Shown here piece by piece: positions 26,405 through 40,043 of a stretch of 64,000 bases of DNA. The notes beneath the pieces were generated by a model that made no database searches, was not told the DNA's origin, and was given only the letters and a program-made list of their open reading frames with translations. The stretch is from Octopus vulgaris (Eukaryota), in NCBI GenBank assembly GCA_951406725.2, contig OX597820.1, positions 49,476,001 through 49,540,000 on the forward strand, written 5' to 3'. Position numbers and translations under genes: made by a program. Position 1 is the first letter of the stretch. Every line of letters starts with the position of its first letter.

Positions 26405-27212
26405 TATGGCCATGTGGTAAAAAAATTAACTTCTCAGCCTTGCGGTTCCGAGTTCAGTCCCACAGTTTTGTTTCTTGGGCAAATGTCTTCTGCTATAACC
26501 TCAATGCCGCTTAAAGTATTGTTAATGGATTTGGTCGATGGAATTTGAAAGAAGCCCACCTCATTTGTGTGTGTGTGTGTGTATTTACGTATGTGTTTGT
26601 CTTTGCCACCGCTTGACAGCCAGAGATGGTGTGTTTACGTCCCCGTAACGGATCTTTTCGATTTGAACGGCAGTTTTTAACATAATTTCTAGGTAACTAA
26701 AAAATTTTAAACTTCGTAAACTAGTAGAATGTGTTTATAAAACATCTTTTTCTCTTGGCTTTATTGAGAAAATTCTATAGTTTGTAAGATATTTGTTGTT
26801 GTTTTTCTTCAATTTCTGCAATTTCAACCAATCAGTGACGTCTATTGGGGTAAAAAAAACATTCTGTGCCGTATGAATATGTCCCTCGTTTAAGAAACAG
26901 ATTGGGTTTAATTACATTTGTGAAGATTAAAAGATATTCTTCTCCCCATCCCTAACCCTAACTCTAACCCTAACCTTAATCCTAAAACAGATTGAAATGC
27001 AATAGATCGATACTAGGGTCATAATTATGGGTGACATTTTCATATGACACCGCTAGAAAAGCTGCCGGTCAAACCGAAAAGATCCCCCGTAACCTTGCGG
27101 TTCGGCAAAAGATAATTGATAAAACGAGTACCAGTCTTTAGAAAAACGAAGTACTGGTGACGTCTAAAACTGGCCCAGGACGCAGTCGAATGACTGAAAC
27201 AAATAAAACGAA
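26405..27212 (+). mobile_element. SINE family B interrupted by a MITE
   Basis: SINE sequence gtgtttacgtccccgtaac resumes as cttgcggttcggcaaaag after 27093. Confidence 0.8.
26650..27085. mobile_element. MITE with GG..CC termini, ~29-bp TIRs, 8-bp TSD and internal telomeric repeats (Merlin-like)
   Basis: TIRs ggatcttttcgatttgaacggcagttttt and aaaagctgccggtcaaaccgaaaagatcc. TSD cccgtaac at 26642-26649 and 27086-27093. Six CCCTAA-like units at 26950-26985. Confidence 0.85.
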
Positions 27213-27355
27213 AATATACATCTTCTCTGTATATCCAGGTCTGTTTGCATCCTCTCTCCCACTAACAGCTTTCATTTTCATTGTGTATGTTGGTGTCACT
27301 TCTCTCACTATTTCTAAACACCATTTATCACTTCTGACTCCATGTCTGTCCCTCT

Positions 27356-27409
<54 letters not shown>

Positions 27410-28608
27410 TTCTCTCTCTGTCTATCTATATCAATGTCTTCGTGTTACTCCTACAATATATTTGTCTATCTACTTGACTGCCTGCCTATCTATGTGTCAG
27501 TTTTACTCACGTCAATTCTCTACTTTTACGTCCGTATGGGTGTTTATTTATGCCTGTTTTTGTTGTATGAGAGTGTGTTTGTGTGTTGGAGTATGCCTTA
27601 ATCTCCCCCTCTCTTTTTCTCTCTCTCTTTCTTTCTCTGTGTGTGTGTGTGTGTGTGTAGATATATCTATATGCCTGTATGAGTATTTGTGTGTCAATGT
27701 GTCTGGCAGTTTCTCTGTTGAACAGACTGCTGACTTTTCCGTTTTTTGTTTAACAATCTAACCCCGAGACATTATTTTTTCTGCCATTCTTCCTTCCTTC
27801 TTTTCTTTCTTTCTTCCTTCTTTTCTTTCTTTTATCCTTTCTTTCTTTATCCCCCTCTCTCTCACTCACACACGTCCTTTTTCTCAATGTCTTTCTCGCC
27901 TGCCTCAAAAAAATCTTTTAAATCTGCCGTAGCTATCGCAACTAAACTTAGAATCCGGCCGATGAAGCATCAGAATCATTTAAGTCAGTTTAAACGTCCT
28001 GCTTTTCCTGGGTTTTCTTCAATGCGCGGGCGTGTCTTACGTGTGTGTGTATGTCTGTGTGTATGTACACACTCACCTGTGTGTTTATGCTATATTCGGT
28101 CAAATTCATCCTCAAATCAGCAGTAACGCAGTAGACCAAGGATCTCAAAGAAGGCGATATCTTCATAAATATCCAATCATTTTTCTCCCCCAAAACATTG
28201 TTTACCAAGGATACCATTATCTAATGAGTCCTACTTTCTTGTGGTTTTGTACTATTTGAATTCTGATATAGTTGATCAAATTTGGAAGATGTCCTAACCG
28301 AGACCACCCTAGCATTCCTGTTACAGCCTTTCTATTATCTGATCTCTCTTTCGTTGTTATTTGTTTAGTGTTTGGTTAGCCTTGATCCAATAGAGCTATC
28401 GTCAAAAGCCCTTCAAGAATTGGCTAAAAGATTTTAGTTATATTTTCATTTATTTTCATTCAGACAACGCGTGTAGGACTACCTTATGCAACACGTTTTA
28501 TCTTTTATCTTTTCTTTAGCTGGGGGAAGATTTGGTTGCATTGAGCAAGGACCTGGGCAATATACATACATGCGCGCATGTGTGATGTGTGTATTATGTG
28601 CATATATA

Positions 28609-29017
28609 CTCTTTTACTCTTTTACTTGTTTCAGTCATTTGACTGCGGCCATGCTGGAGCACCGCCTTTAGTCGAGCAAATCGACCCCGGGACTTATTCT
28701 TTGTAAACCTAGTACTTATTCTATCGGTCTCTTTTGCCGAACCGCTAAATGACGGGGACGTAAACACACCAGCATCGGTTGTCAAGCAATGCTAGGGGGA
28801 CAAACACAGACACACAAACACACACACACACACATATATATATATACATATATACGACAGGCTTCTTTCAGTTTCCGTCTACCAAATCCATTCACAAGGC
28901 ATTGGTTGGCCCGGGGCTATAGCAGAAGACACTTGCTCAAGATGCCACGCAGTGGGACTGAACCCGGAACCATGTGGTTGGTAAGCAAGCTACTTACCAC
29001 AGAGCCACTCCTGCGCC
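28609..29017 (-). mobile_element. Full-length young SINE family B
   Basis: Complete from head (rc ggcgcaggagtggctctgtggtaag) to tail, embedded in (TA)n. Confidence 0.9.
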
Positions 29018-29317
29018 TATATATATATATATACCGATATACCGTGATCTCCGTATCTTGTCTTTGTTACAGTGCACATTCGCTAGCTTTCTAATAAAAA
29101 ATCTAATTCTCCTAGCTTTGACTTTTGGGTGATCAACCAGATCGAACTTTCTCAAGTGTGACTGCCCGAAACAGTAAGGACTTCTGGTAACTTGACTAAG
29201 GAAAGAATGCCACGAATGACCCGTCATTTTCCCCCTGACCTAATTGTCGTTTCTCCTGTCCGCCTTTGTATCGTCTATCTGTCCGACTGTTTTATTGTCC
29301 TCTAATACGGTTTTGTT

Positions 29318-29355
<38 letters not shown>

Positions 29356-29880
29356 TCATTGCTATTTTGTTAAACTGTCACATGTCCAAATGTGGAAAAA
29401 TGTTTTTTCTTTCACTATTTAATTTTGTTTGCAATAGTCGGTTCTTTTTGTCAAACTATCGTATCTCCAGGTGCTTCAGATGCCAATATATGAAAATTGT
29501 CGAAGTGTAGTACAACGGTTTAGCATTTTTCAAAAGTGTAGTAAGCCCCACATTCGACAGTTTTGCAAAAATATTTCTGACTGAAAATATCATACATGCA
29601 TGGACTTACGATTTTATGTACCCAACATATTGTTAAACTGAAACTGTTGCTAATGTAAAAAGAAATGGAATGGTGAAAATATTTTTTTCGTTTTCTGAAA
29701 AAGCAACGTTTTGGACTTACGGCACTTTGCTTAATAGCAACGATAATCAGCCGACATTGCGAAGATGATCTGGTTCTTGACTGAAGATTGAAGGCTTCGA
29801 ATGTCCCGTCCATGTTTTTTGTGTCGTCTTCTAAATGTTTCACGTTCTTGTCCCAGTTTGTATATATTTTTTTTTACTTT

Positions 29881-29915
<35 letters not shown>

Positions 29916-32665
29916 GGTGAGAGAGAGAGAGAGAGTTGCTGGTATTATATAAATGCATATGCATATATATATGTATGTGTGTGTGTGTGTATGTGTGTAT
30001 GTATGTATGTATAGCTTTCGATCAGAAGACTGTTCCACGGCAGGGTTATCGATTTGTAGCTGAGTGGGCTGGAGCAACGTGAGGTGAGATCTTTTGGTCA
30101 AGAACACACTGAGCCGCCCTGTCCAAGAATCGAACCCACGATCAGTAGATCGTAGCTGAAGTACTCTAACCATTAGGTCATGCGCCTTTACACACACGTG
30201 CGCGCACTCCACACGCGTACACATAATACATACATATATATTTACATAAATATATACATAAATATGTATATACATGCATGTTTACATATACATACATATA
30301 TGTATACACACACACATATGTATATATTATTATATGCACACATGCATGAATGCATGCATGTACGTGTGTGCATGTGTGTCTGTGTGTGTGTGTAAATAAA
30401 CTACGATCGAAAAAGACCAGGAGACGCCTTCCTTAACTCGTCTAGTATAGCGCTTCTGTACAGATATGGTGTGTGAATATATGTGTCTGCATATGTTTTT
30501 GTGTCTTCCTGTAGCTGTGTTATATTTGCACCTGTCTATATGTGATAGTGACTGGCAAAGACTAGTTATTAAATATTTAGAAGGAAGCCGCTGCTACTTA
30601 AATATTCCATACCTCATGCAAAATAAAGGCTTTTGATTGACAGTCAAACGTTCACTCAGCAACACATTAAAACCACTTAATCCCTTACAGTTCCCCTTCT
30701 CCTATTTCCAGTTGTAACACTGCAGTTTTGCTCCACCTACTCTGAACTAGCCAGCTGTAGCCCGCTGCCCTGGCAAACACTCATTTAAAATTGATGCGAA
30801 AATTTATGTTCCTGCATCAAATTGAAGTAAAGTCCTAAATTTGAAACTCAGTTCCAATGGATTATTATCAACTCGATATCATGTCTTAGCTGCTGACTTT
30901 TACTATGTTAGAAAAATTTGCCGAGTTCTGCACACGACTGCTGTGTAATAACTTTACCCAGCTTTTCTCTATACACTTAACTCCACTCCCCAAACTTTCC
31001 TCTTTAAGGGAACCCTTAAAAGATAGTCAATAACTCTACATAAAGTTGTATGTGTCTAAATTAATTAATTTATTTTTGTTTCATAAGATTATTTTATAAG
31101 AGTTTAAACAAATCATAAAAGTGTTGTAAAGATTGTTTGCCAATATAACATGGCAGTCCTGATTTAGGACTAATGTTGCTGTAATTTAGTCACAGGAGAC
31201 ATCGTCTCCAGCTGGTCATACGACACGATCTGTGTCCTTATATTTTCGAAAGGAATCTAGCACCTCCGCTCAACTCAGAGCAATATCTGTGTATCGCGAT
31301 TTCTGGGTTATTTATTTTCATCAGCAATAATTGCTCGGCTAGAGGTGGCGTTGCCAAATTTCCGTTCGAAATACATAGTTTTCAAACTGACAACTAGTCA
31401 CAGATTTATAAATTAGAAAATTACTATCTTTAAATCTCACAATGTAAGATATTCAGCAACAGTACTTTGTAGTAAAGATTGTTATTTCAATTCCGCCAAG
31501 GTCTTGTCTTCTAGCCTTTCAGGGTCAATAAAAAGAGTACCAGTTTAGCACTAGGATCGATGTAATTGTCTAACTCCCTACCATTAACTTGCTGGCCTTG
31601 TGCCGAAATTTGAAATTAATATTTGTAATATGATTTTTAACTAGAACGCAATGAGGTCTGCAATATGAAATATATTGTCACTGGTCTTTATGTTCTCTAT
31701 TGCGTTGGATAAAGATTGCCTGTTATTGCTGAAAGGACGATAAAGTAAAGTAAAGGATGAAATTGTGTCGATTTAATCGTCTTTGAACCCTTAGTGGTTT
31801 CACTAATTCCTATCAGAAAAATTAGTATATAAGCTAACTAGAATAGAACAACCAAAACACTAGCATCGAAGTTAAATGCTTGTGGTCTGCGTTGGTAAAA
31901 ATAATTTAGTTAAGTTCGTTAATCAATCCGTTAATTGTTCTTTATTTATTGGATAAATGTCTATCTCAGACGAAGATCTCCCCTATCACCCGATACAGCT
32001 GCACTCTTATTCCTAAACGGCAAATTTATTCCAACTGGTTTATATGCTTTACTTGTGCATACCAGTAGCTAAATTTTTAATAGACGAAGTGGCCAGGTCG
32101 CAGAAAAGTTACGCTATTTTTTAACACTTCATAAAAGATTTTGTGTGCTTTTAAGTAACACGTTTTGTGTGCTCGGATATAATAAGTAGAGTCTGTTCTG
32201 AAATGGAAAAATTGACTCGTTCGCAATCAAATTGTTTGTGATACTTTATAATATTAAGCGTTAGCGTGTTAATACTCGCTGTATTAAATAACTAATGTAA
32301 GTACTACAAAGTATTTAGTTTGTATAAGCTATTCAGTTAGAGAATCAATATTAATTCAATAATTACCGATCTATCTATAATTATCAGCGTAGGCATTCAA
32401 TATGGTTCTGATTTTCGCTTCGTGACCACGAGGTCCCTTGTTAGATCTAACTGCATGGTACTGTGAACAAAAGTTCTCTTCTGTAGTCTACGGTTAAACA
32501 ACGTCTTTTAAGCGGAAATTTCTACACAGAAACTGCTGGGCCCAAGACCGCCCCCTCCCCTAGTATATATATATATATATATACACATATATTGAGCGTT
32601 ATACTAATACATCTGTTTGTTTTGCACAGCACCTGTCTTCGTATTTTGTTTTTTTGGTAAACTCT

Positions 32666-32698
<33 letters not shown>

Positions 32699-33011
32699 AC
32701 TATGATGTTGGTAAAACATGTTCTTTGTCTATCTCCTTATCCTCTAGGAGATTTTGGGTAAAATCATACTAATGTGTCCTAATTTGATAAAATTCTATGT
32801 CGTTGTGCAGCTGAAGATTGCTCTATATTTTAAATTGATGTAATGAAATAATTGCATTATTCAATTAAATGGAGTCGCATGAAACGATCGTACTGCATTA
32901 CCTCTGGATATACTTGTTGTTTATTTTGATTTTAATCACCTTATTTTGAAATTGTATGGATAATACCATACTAAATTCTGGTGCCTCAACTTAAGTACCA
33001 TATTCATCAGA

Positions 33012-33165
<154 letters not shown>

Positions 33166-33532
33166 CCCTAAATCGGTCAGGGTTAATCAAGTTTCTGCAC
33201 CTGGGAACTTCACTACAGAGGAGAAGGCGCACGTATGTGTGTGCATGTGTGTTGATTGTGTATCCGTAAGGTTTTTTTTTTTTTTGTTAATATTTAAGAT
33301 CGATAGAATAACCAGTCGACTAAAATAAGTGCCAGGATCGATCGATATGATTCACTAAAACTCTCGAAGGGTTCAGTGACTGAGACCAATAAAAGAATAA
33401 ATGCAAAAATGAAAAAAAAAAAAGAAAAATATAATGTTCTAGTGTCCACTTTTCTTCAGCGAAACAATGTTTTTTTCCCTCTAGATTAGGAATATCCTTC
33501 AATTAGAATGCCTGCTGCTGCTGTTGCTCAGG

Positions 33533-33702
33533 ATAATAATAATGATGATGATGATGATCATGATGATCATGATGATGATGATCATGATGATGATGATCAT
33601 GATGATGATCATGATGTTGATGGTGATGATACCAATGATGACGATGACGACGACACCGATGATGATGGTGGTGACAATGATGATGATGATGATGATGATG
33701 GT
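33533..33702. repeat. (GAT)n degenerate trinucleotide repeat
   Basis: Direct inspection. Confidence 0.9.
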
Positions 33703-34207
33703 GAAAGTGTTCAAGGTAGTATTGATGACTGAGGTGATAATGAATGATTTATCCCCTTGACAAACCTCGCCGCATTTGATGGTTGAACTACTGTTAGATG
33801 TAGCAGTACCACAACTTTTACGTATCAGACCTTTCTTCTCACCTCTCTGACTATCTGTCTGTCTGTGTGTCTGTTTGTGTGTCTGCCTGTCTGTGTGTCT
33901 CTTCATTCTTCCCTCTACTCCTCCCTCTCCTCCTCTAGCTAGTAGAAACGCATGTGGGGTGTGAAGTTTAAGTGAGCGTGCATGCATTAGAGTGTGTGAA
34001 TCGATAGCGAGACAGCTATACACACACACACACTCAAACACACAGACGCGTGCGCATACATATACACATAGACGCGCGCAGACACATTAACACACAGACA
34101 CACTCACACGTACGCACGACACACACGACACACACGAGCGCACAACACACAGATGCGCACACACACACATCTATATTTATATATAGACACGCACAAATAC
34201 AGAAGTG

Positions 34208-34463
34208 GAAGAAGAAGAAGAAGAAGAAGAAGAAGAAGAAGAAGAAGAAGAAGAAGAAGAGGAGAAGAAGAAGAAGGGGAGAAGAAGGAGGAGGAGGTAG
34301 AAAAAGAAGAAGAAGAAGAAGAAGAAGAAGAAGAAGAAGAAGAAGAAGAAGAAGAAGAGGAGGAGGAGGAGGTAGAAGAAAAAGAAGAAGAAGGGGAGAA
34401 GAAGAAGAAGAAGAAGAAGAAGAAGAAGGGGGAGAAGAAGAAAAAGAAGAAGAAGAAGAAGAA
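34208..34463. repeat. (GAA)n/(GGA)n polypurine tract
   Basis: About 255 nt almost purely purine, with the higher-order unit ggaggaggaggtagaa..agaagaagggg repeated. Confidence 0.95.
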
Positions 34464-34560
34464 ACTCTATTACTAAACAGTTCATATCAATCCGACCACG
34501 GATTGATAAGAAGCAAAAGTCATCCCGGTGTGCAAAATACCGCAAGGTATCCAACGCTCT

Positions 34561-34631
<71 letters not shown>

Positions 34632-34965
34632 CACACACAGATAAATAACTACATAATCATTCTCTGAACACCTGTTATTTTGGTTTAGGTTTTTTTTTTA
34701 GTCGTAAATTGGCCAAGATCGAACAGATATTATGAAAGACGTTCTCACCATAACCATCCCCCATCATATTGTAAGGCATAATAATCCCTACAGTAACTAC
34801 ATTATCTCATGTATCCCCACATTTTATTTTTTTAATTTTATTTTCCTTGTTGAGAGATTTGGTTATTATATCTAGCAAGTCGTATGACCATCTAAAAGTC
34901 TCTCCTGTTGATACTCCTGTTGATACTCTCACTATTGCTCTCATTAATACTCTTGTTGTTATCGT

Positions 34966-35363
34966 AAGGCGGTGAGCTGGCAGAAACGTTAGCACGCCGG
35001 GCGAAATGCTTAGCGTTATTTCGTCTGCCGTTACGTTCTGAGTTCAAATTCCGCCGAGGTCGACTTTGCCTTTCATCCTTCGGAGATCGATAAATTAAGT
35101 ACCAGTTACGCACTGGAGTCTATATAATCGACTTAATCCCTTTGTCTGTCTTTGTATGTCCTCTCTGTGTTTAACCCCTTGTGGGTAGTAAAGAAATAGG
35201 TATTTCGTCTGCAGCTACGTTCTGAGTTCAAATTCCACCGAGATCGACTTTGCTTTTCATCGTTTCGGGGTCGATAAATTAAGTACCAGTTGCGTACTGT
35301 GTCCGATCTAATCGACTGGCCTACTCCCCCAAAATTTCGTGCCTTGTGCCTAGAGAAGAAAAG
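34966..35363 (+). mobile_element. Dimeric SINE family A (unit with tail A plus headless unit with tail B)
   Basis: Second unit starts at aaataggtatttcgtctg. Flanking direct repeat aatactSttgttgtt. Same architecture at 40657. Confidence 0.85.
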
Positions 35364-36771
35364 AATACTGTTGTTGTTGTTGTTGATGGTAGCTGTGGCG
35401 GCGGGGGTGGTGGTAGCATTGCTGCTGTGCTGCCGCTGTTGTTATGAGAGCTCATTTCCACCTCCGATCGATAATACAGTGATATCGATTTGTTTAATCT
35501 ACATTTTCCTGCCCCGAAAATAAATACACCTACACACACACACACACACAAAATTAATATATACAGATCATAGATACAAAGATAAAGCAATAAGTGTGTG
35601 TATGTGTGTGTGTGTGTTATTCATATAGAAAGTAATATATATGTAAGTGTATGTGGTATATATATACACACACACACACACACGCATACATATACCCCCA
35701 TCCCATACACATATATGTATATATGTATATGAATGTGTGTGTATGTATATTTATGTATGCTCATATATTTTTGTGTATACATACATATATAATTTTGTAT
35801 ACATACATATATACATACATGCACATACACACACACACACAAATATTAACGCATACATATATACACATACGCAAACACATATAAATACATATGAATATGT
35901 GTGTGTGTGTGTCGAAATAAGTGGACAAAACACACCCGTATATACAAATTTGTGTGTGTATGTGTGTGTCGGTGTGTTTGTGTATCTGTGTGTGTGCGCG
36001 TGTTATTCACTTTACCTATAGATATTTCTTACACACACACATTGATTTACCAACAAAAGCAGACACAAGAGATAATAAACAGAACACACACACACCCGCG
36101 CTCACACATTAAACGTACATCTCATTTCAGATATAGAAAGATAAAGCGTTATAAGATCTATTGCAGAATACTTGTGTAAAAAGTAATGAAATATGTATTG
36201 AATAAATGATAGCATTAAGTATTTATTATACCTTGTTTCATTTAGTGAACATTTGAAAAGCTATTGTTTCATTTGTTGAAAGATGAAAATATTATTACAA
36301 ATGCCGACAATGTATATTCATATGTTTCATACATATACACAGACGGAATATATTTAAATACTTATAGTTTATGTGTCTGGTCATTGTTTCAATTGCATCG
36401 GTTGAAAACATTGAGGAATGTTTCCTTAGACAACCAGTTAATCTCGAAAAACGTTTCAGTAATATCTGCATTGTTTGGGTTATAATTTTTGCTTTTTATT
36501 ATATTTAACAGATAAATGAAAATATCATGATAGATGCAGGGCATGGCAGTGAGGTTAAGAAATTGATTTCGCAATCATGAAGTTTCGGGTTCAGTCCCAT
36601 TGCGCAACAATTCGAGAAAGTGTCTCCCTACAATGACCTCGGGCAGAACTAATGCTTTGTGAATGAACTTGGGAGATAAAAACATCGTGAAGCCCGTTGC
36701 TCGCGCGTGTGCGTGCGTGTATTTTTTTATACGTTTCAGCCCTGTGGCTATGCTGGGGCACCGCCACTGAA

Positions 36772-36832
<61 letters not shown>

Positions 36833-36850
36833 CATACATACATACATACA

Positions 36851-36884
<34 letters not shown>

Positions 36885-36886
<2 letters not shown>

Positions 36887-37030
36887 TGTTTCTTTCTGTG
36901 TTCCTTTCTGTGGAAGAGCGTAGGCTCGAAACATAAAAGACTTTTTCAATTCCCGAGCGTGATATTAATATATCTGTTTGTTTTTTACACCCCCTGTATT
37001 CGTCTTTTGATTTTTCGTGAATTCTCCTTG
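36885..37030 (+). mobile_element. Short dispersed element carrying a variant hammerhead-like motif
   Basis: CTTT-CTGTGGA-A-GAGC-gtag-GCTC-GAAA-C-A-TA-AAAG at 36904-36939. The downstream tail is also present at ~32593-32670. Confidence 0.55.
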
Positions 37031-37060
37031 TATGTATGTATGTATGTATGTATATATGTA

Positions 37061-37147
<87 letters not shown>

Positions 37148-38040
37148 TGGACTTTGTGGTCTCTCACCGCTTTACTACCAGTGTTGGTTTGTTTTCGTTC
37201 TTCGCATCTTAGTGATTTTATTATTAAAAAAAAACTGACAGAATGAATATCTCACTTGATAAAGAATATGTCAGGTGCCAATCTCTTGGACTAAACCCTT
37301 CGAGGCGTTATCCCATCACGGCCACGATCCAATGACCAATTAGAGAATAAAGAATGCGAACAATAAATACTTAATCACTTACAAGGCGGCAGTCTAGCAG
37401 AATCGTTACCGCACCGGACAAAACACTGACCGATATTTCTTGTGACTTCTGAGTTCAAATGCCGCCGGAGACGACTTTGCTTTTTCATCTTTTTAGGATC
37501 GATAAAATAAGGAGCAACTGAGCACTGGGGTCGATATAATCCACTTATCCCAAATCCCAATCCACGAAATCGCTAGCCTTTTCCTAAATTTGAACCCAGT
37601 ACACTTATATTCTAACTGGTCACCAGTTCAATTGAAAGAGTGAAGTAGAAAAGCTTTCTGTAATATTTATTTTCTTTGGGGTTGGTAAGCTGGCAGAATC
37701 GTTAGAGGGTCGGGAGAAACGCTTTGCTTAATGTTTTCCGTTTTTTTTTAAATACTGAGTTCAAATCTCGCCGAGGTCAACGTTACCATTCATCTCTGTG
37801 GTGTCGATAAAATATAAGTGCTAGACAAGTAATGGAGTGGATAATACCGACCTATCGTAATCCTAAAGCTCTCCGCAACATTTCTGATTAAGTTTCTGCA
37901 TTAGAAACAATTGAAGCAGTCTGGTTCTTGACGTTTAAGTTCTGAGCTGAAGTCTCTCACCGAAGTCATGAGTGCGTACAGATGTCTGTCCAGACCCGTT
38001 ATGTGTGCGTTCTTGAGACAGATTTTGTAGATGATAAGAG

Positions 38041-38082
38041 TTTACTCATTACTAATCTAATCTTAGATTAGTAATGAGTAAA
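38041..38082. repeat. Perfect palindrome with 20-bp arms and a 2-nt spacer
   Basis: tttactcattactaatctaa-tc-ttagattagtaatgagtaaa. Confidence 0.95.
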
Positions 38083-38196
38083 TCTTCATGTATTTCTTAG
38101 AGTAAATGGACTCTATTCATGGTCCTTTACAACTCTCACAGTGCTATGTAACCTAATTATAAGAGAATACGAGGAGAGTGGGAGAGAGAAGGGGAA

Positions 38197-38266
38197 GAGA
38201 AGAAGAAGAAGAAGAAGAAGAAGAAGAAGAAGAAGAAGAAGAAGAAGAAGAAGAAGAAGAAGAAGA
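38197..38266. repeat. (GAA)n microsatellite
   Basis: Direct inspection. Confidence 0.95.
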
Positions 38267-38979
38267 ACCCCCCCATTGCGTTTTAACCTTAACTTCATTT
38301 ATTGGGCTGGAAGGATAAAGGGTAGAGCGGATCTCGCAAGGGTTTGAACTCAGAACGACAAAATTCGGAAAAAATACCGCAAAACACTTATTTACGCGAA
38401 CAGTTGTCAAGTCTGCCACTCGACTGCCTGAAACAGTCTTTACTGTCAATAAAAAGGGGTAGTGCAAGGAAGGGCTCTTTGGTCAATCTAGTCCCTCATA
38501 TACAAAATATCGCGGTGGTCACAGATGGACGGCCTTTGACCATAACTGTTCAGCTAGAGAAGCTGATCTGTGGTTAAACACCATACGCGCATGCGCATCT
38601 CCGCTTTACGTAACGCTTCGCATGTGTACATAAGAGAAGTCTTAAATACACAACCACTTAGAACGCATGCATGTGTGTGTGTGTGTTTGGTATGTATATG
38701 TGTATTTACATATATGCAAATTTTTACATCTTTCAGTCATTAAACTGTGGTCATGATGGGGTTCCGACTTGAAGAATTTTTAGCCAAATGAATCGATCCC
38801 CCCACGCACTCCGGAATTTTTTTTTTTTTTAAGCCTGGTTCTTATTCTATCGATCTCTTGTGTCGAATTGCTCTTTCACAGGGACGTAAACGCACTAACA
38901 CCGGGGGAGAGAGCAAGACAGAAAGGGAGAAAGGGAGAGGAAGAAAAAGAGAGGGAGTGAGAGAGGGAGGCAGAGAAAC

Positions 38980-39011
<32 letters not shown>

Positions 39012-39678
39012 TTAGTTAGTTACACAGACAGACAGACAGTCATATATATATATATATATATATAGAGAACATACATATATAGATAGACAGACAGACAGAC
39101 AGATAGATAGATCGATAAATATATAGATAGATTCACACAAACATCTACCTAATTAATGCTAAACATTGTATGGTGTTTTTGTTGTTCCTATTTTTTTACA
39201 CCCAGGTCATTCTAGATCAAAGATATATATATGTGATCAAAGTTATTACGTCTTCAGTCTAATTTGGCGCAAAAATAGCTTGGCTGTACAGAGAGACTGT
39301 TGACTATACTTAGACGCAGGATTATAATTAAGAAATTCGCGTCACACCCACGTGGTTCTGGCTTCATCTCCACAGCGCAACACATTGTACATATGTCCTC
39401 TAGTGCAGCTCCGGGTTGATCAATACATTTTCATGAGAATTCACTTAAAAAAAAAACTATTCAGAAGCTCAGCAGATATATTGTATTATACCTGTATATA
39501 CATAGATTCAGGAGCGCATATATATTTTTGAGACGTCGTTCGATGAAAGTTGCACACCCGCTTAAGGTGGTAACTCGCTTTTAGTAGTATCGAGTATAAT
39601 ATATCCTAGTCGGGATTTGTCTTCAAATCTAATAATACACGATCAAGCCTTTAATGTGCGTGTTTAATTTTTGAATGC

Positions 39679-40043
39679 GGAGGCGCAATGGCCCAGTGGT
39701 TAGGGCAGCGGACTCGCGGTCATAGGATCGCAGTTTCGATTCCCAGACCGGGCGTTGTGAGTGTTTATTGAGCGAAAACACCTAAAGCTCCACGAGGCTC
39801 CGGCAGGGGATGGTGGTGATCCCTGCTGTACTCTTTCACCACAACTTTCTCTCACTCTTACTTCCTGTTTCTGTTGTACCTGTATTTCAAGGGGCCGACC
39901 TTGTCACTCTATGTATCACGCTGAATATCCCTGAGAACTACGTTAAGGGTGCACGTGTCTGTGGAGTGCTCAGCCACTTACACGTTAATTTCACGAGATC
40001 AACCGGAACCCTCATCGTCGTAACCGACGGAGTGCTTCCATCC
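39679..40043 (+). mobile_element. SINE family C1
   Basis: Near-identical to 16806-17178. TSD aatttttgaatg at 39666-39677 and 40044-40055. Confidence 0.9.

Noticed and set aside
26950-26985. True telomere or chromosome fusion scar
   Set aside because: Only six degenerate units, located inside a TIR/TSD-bounded MITE.
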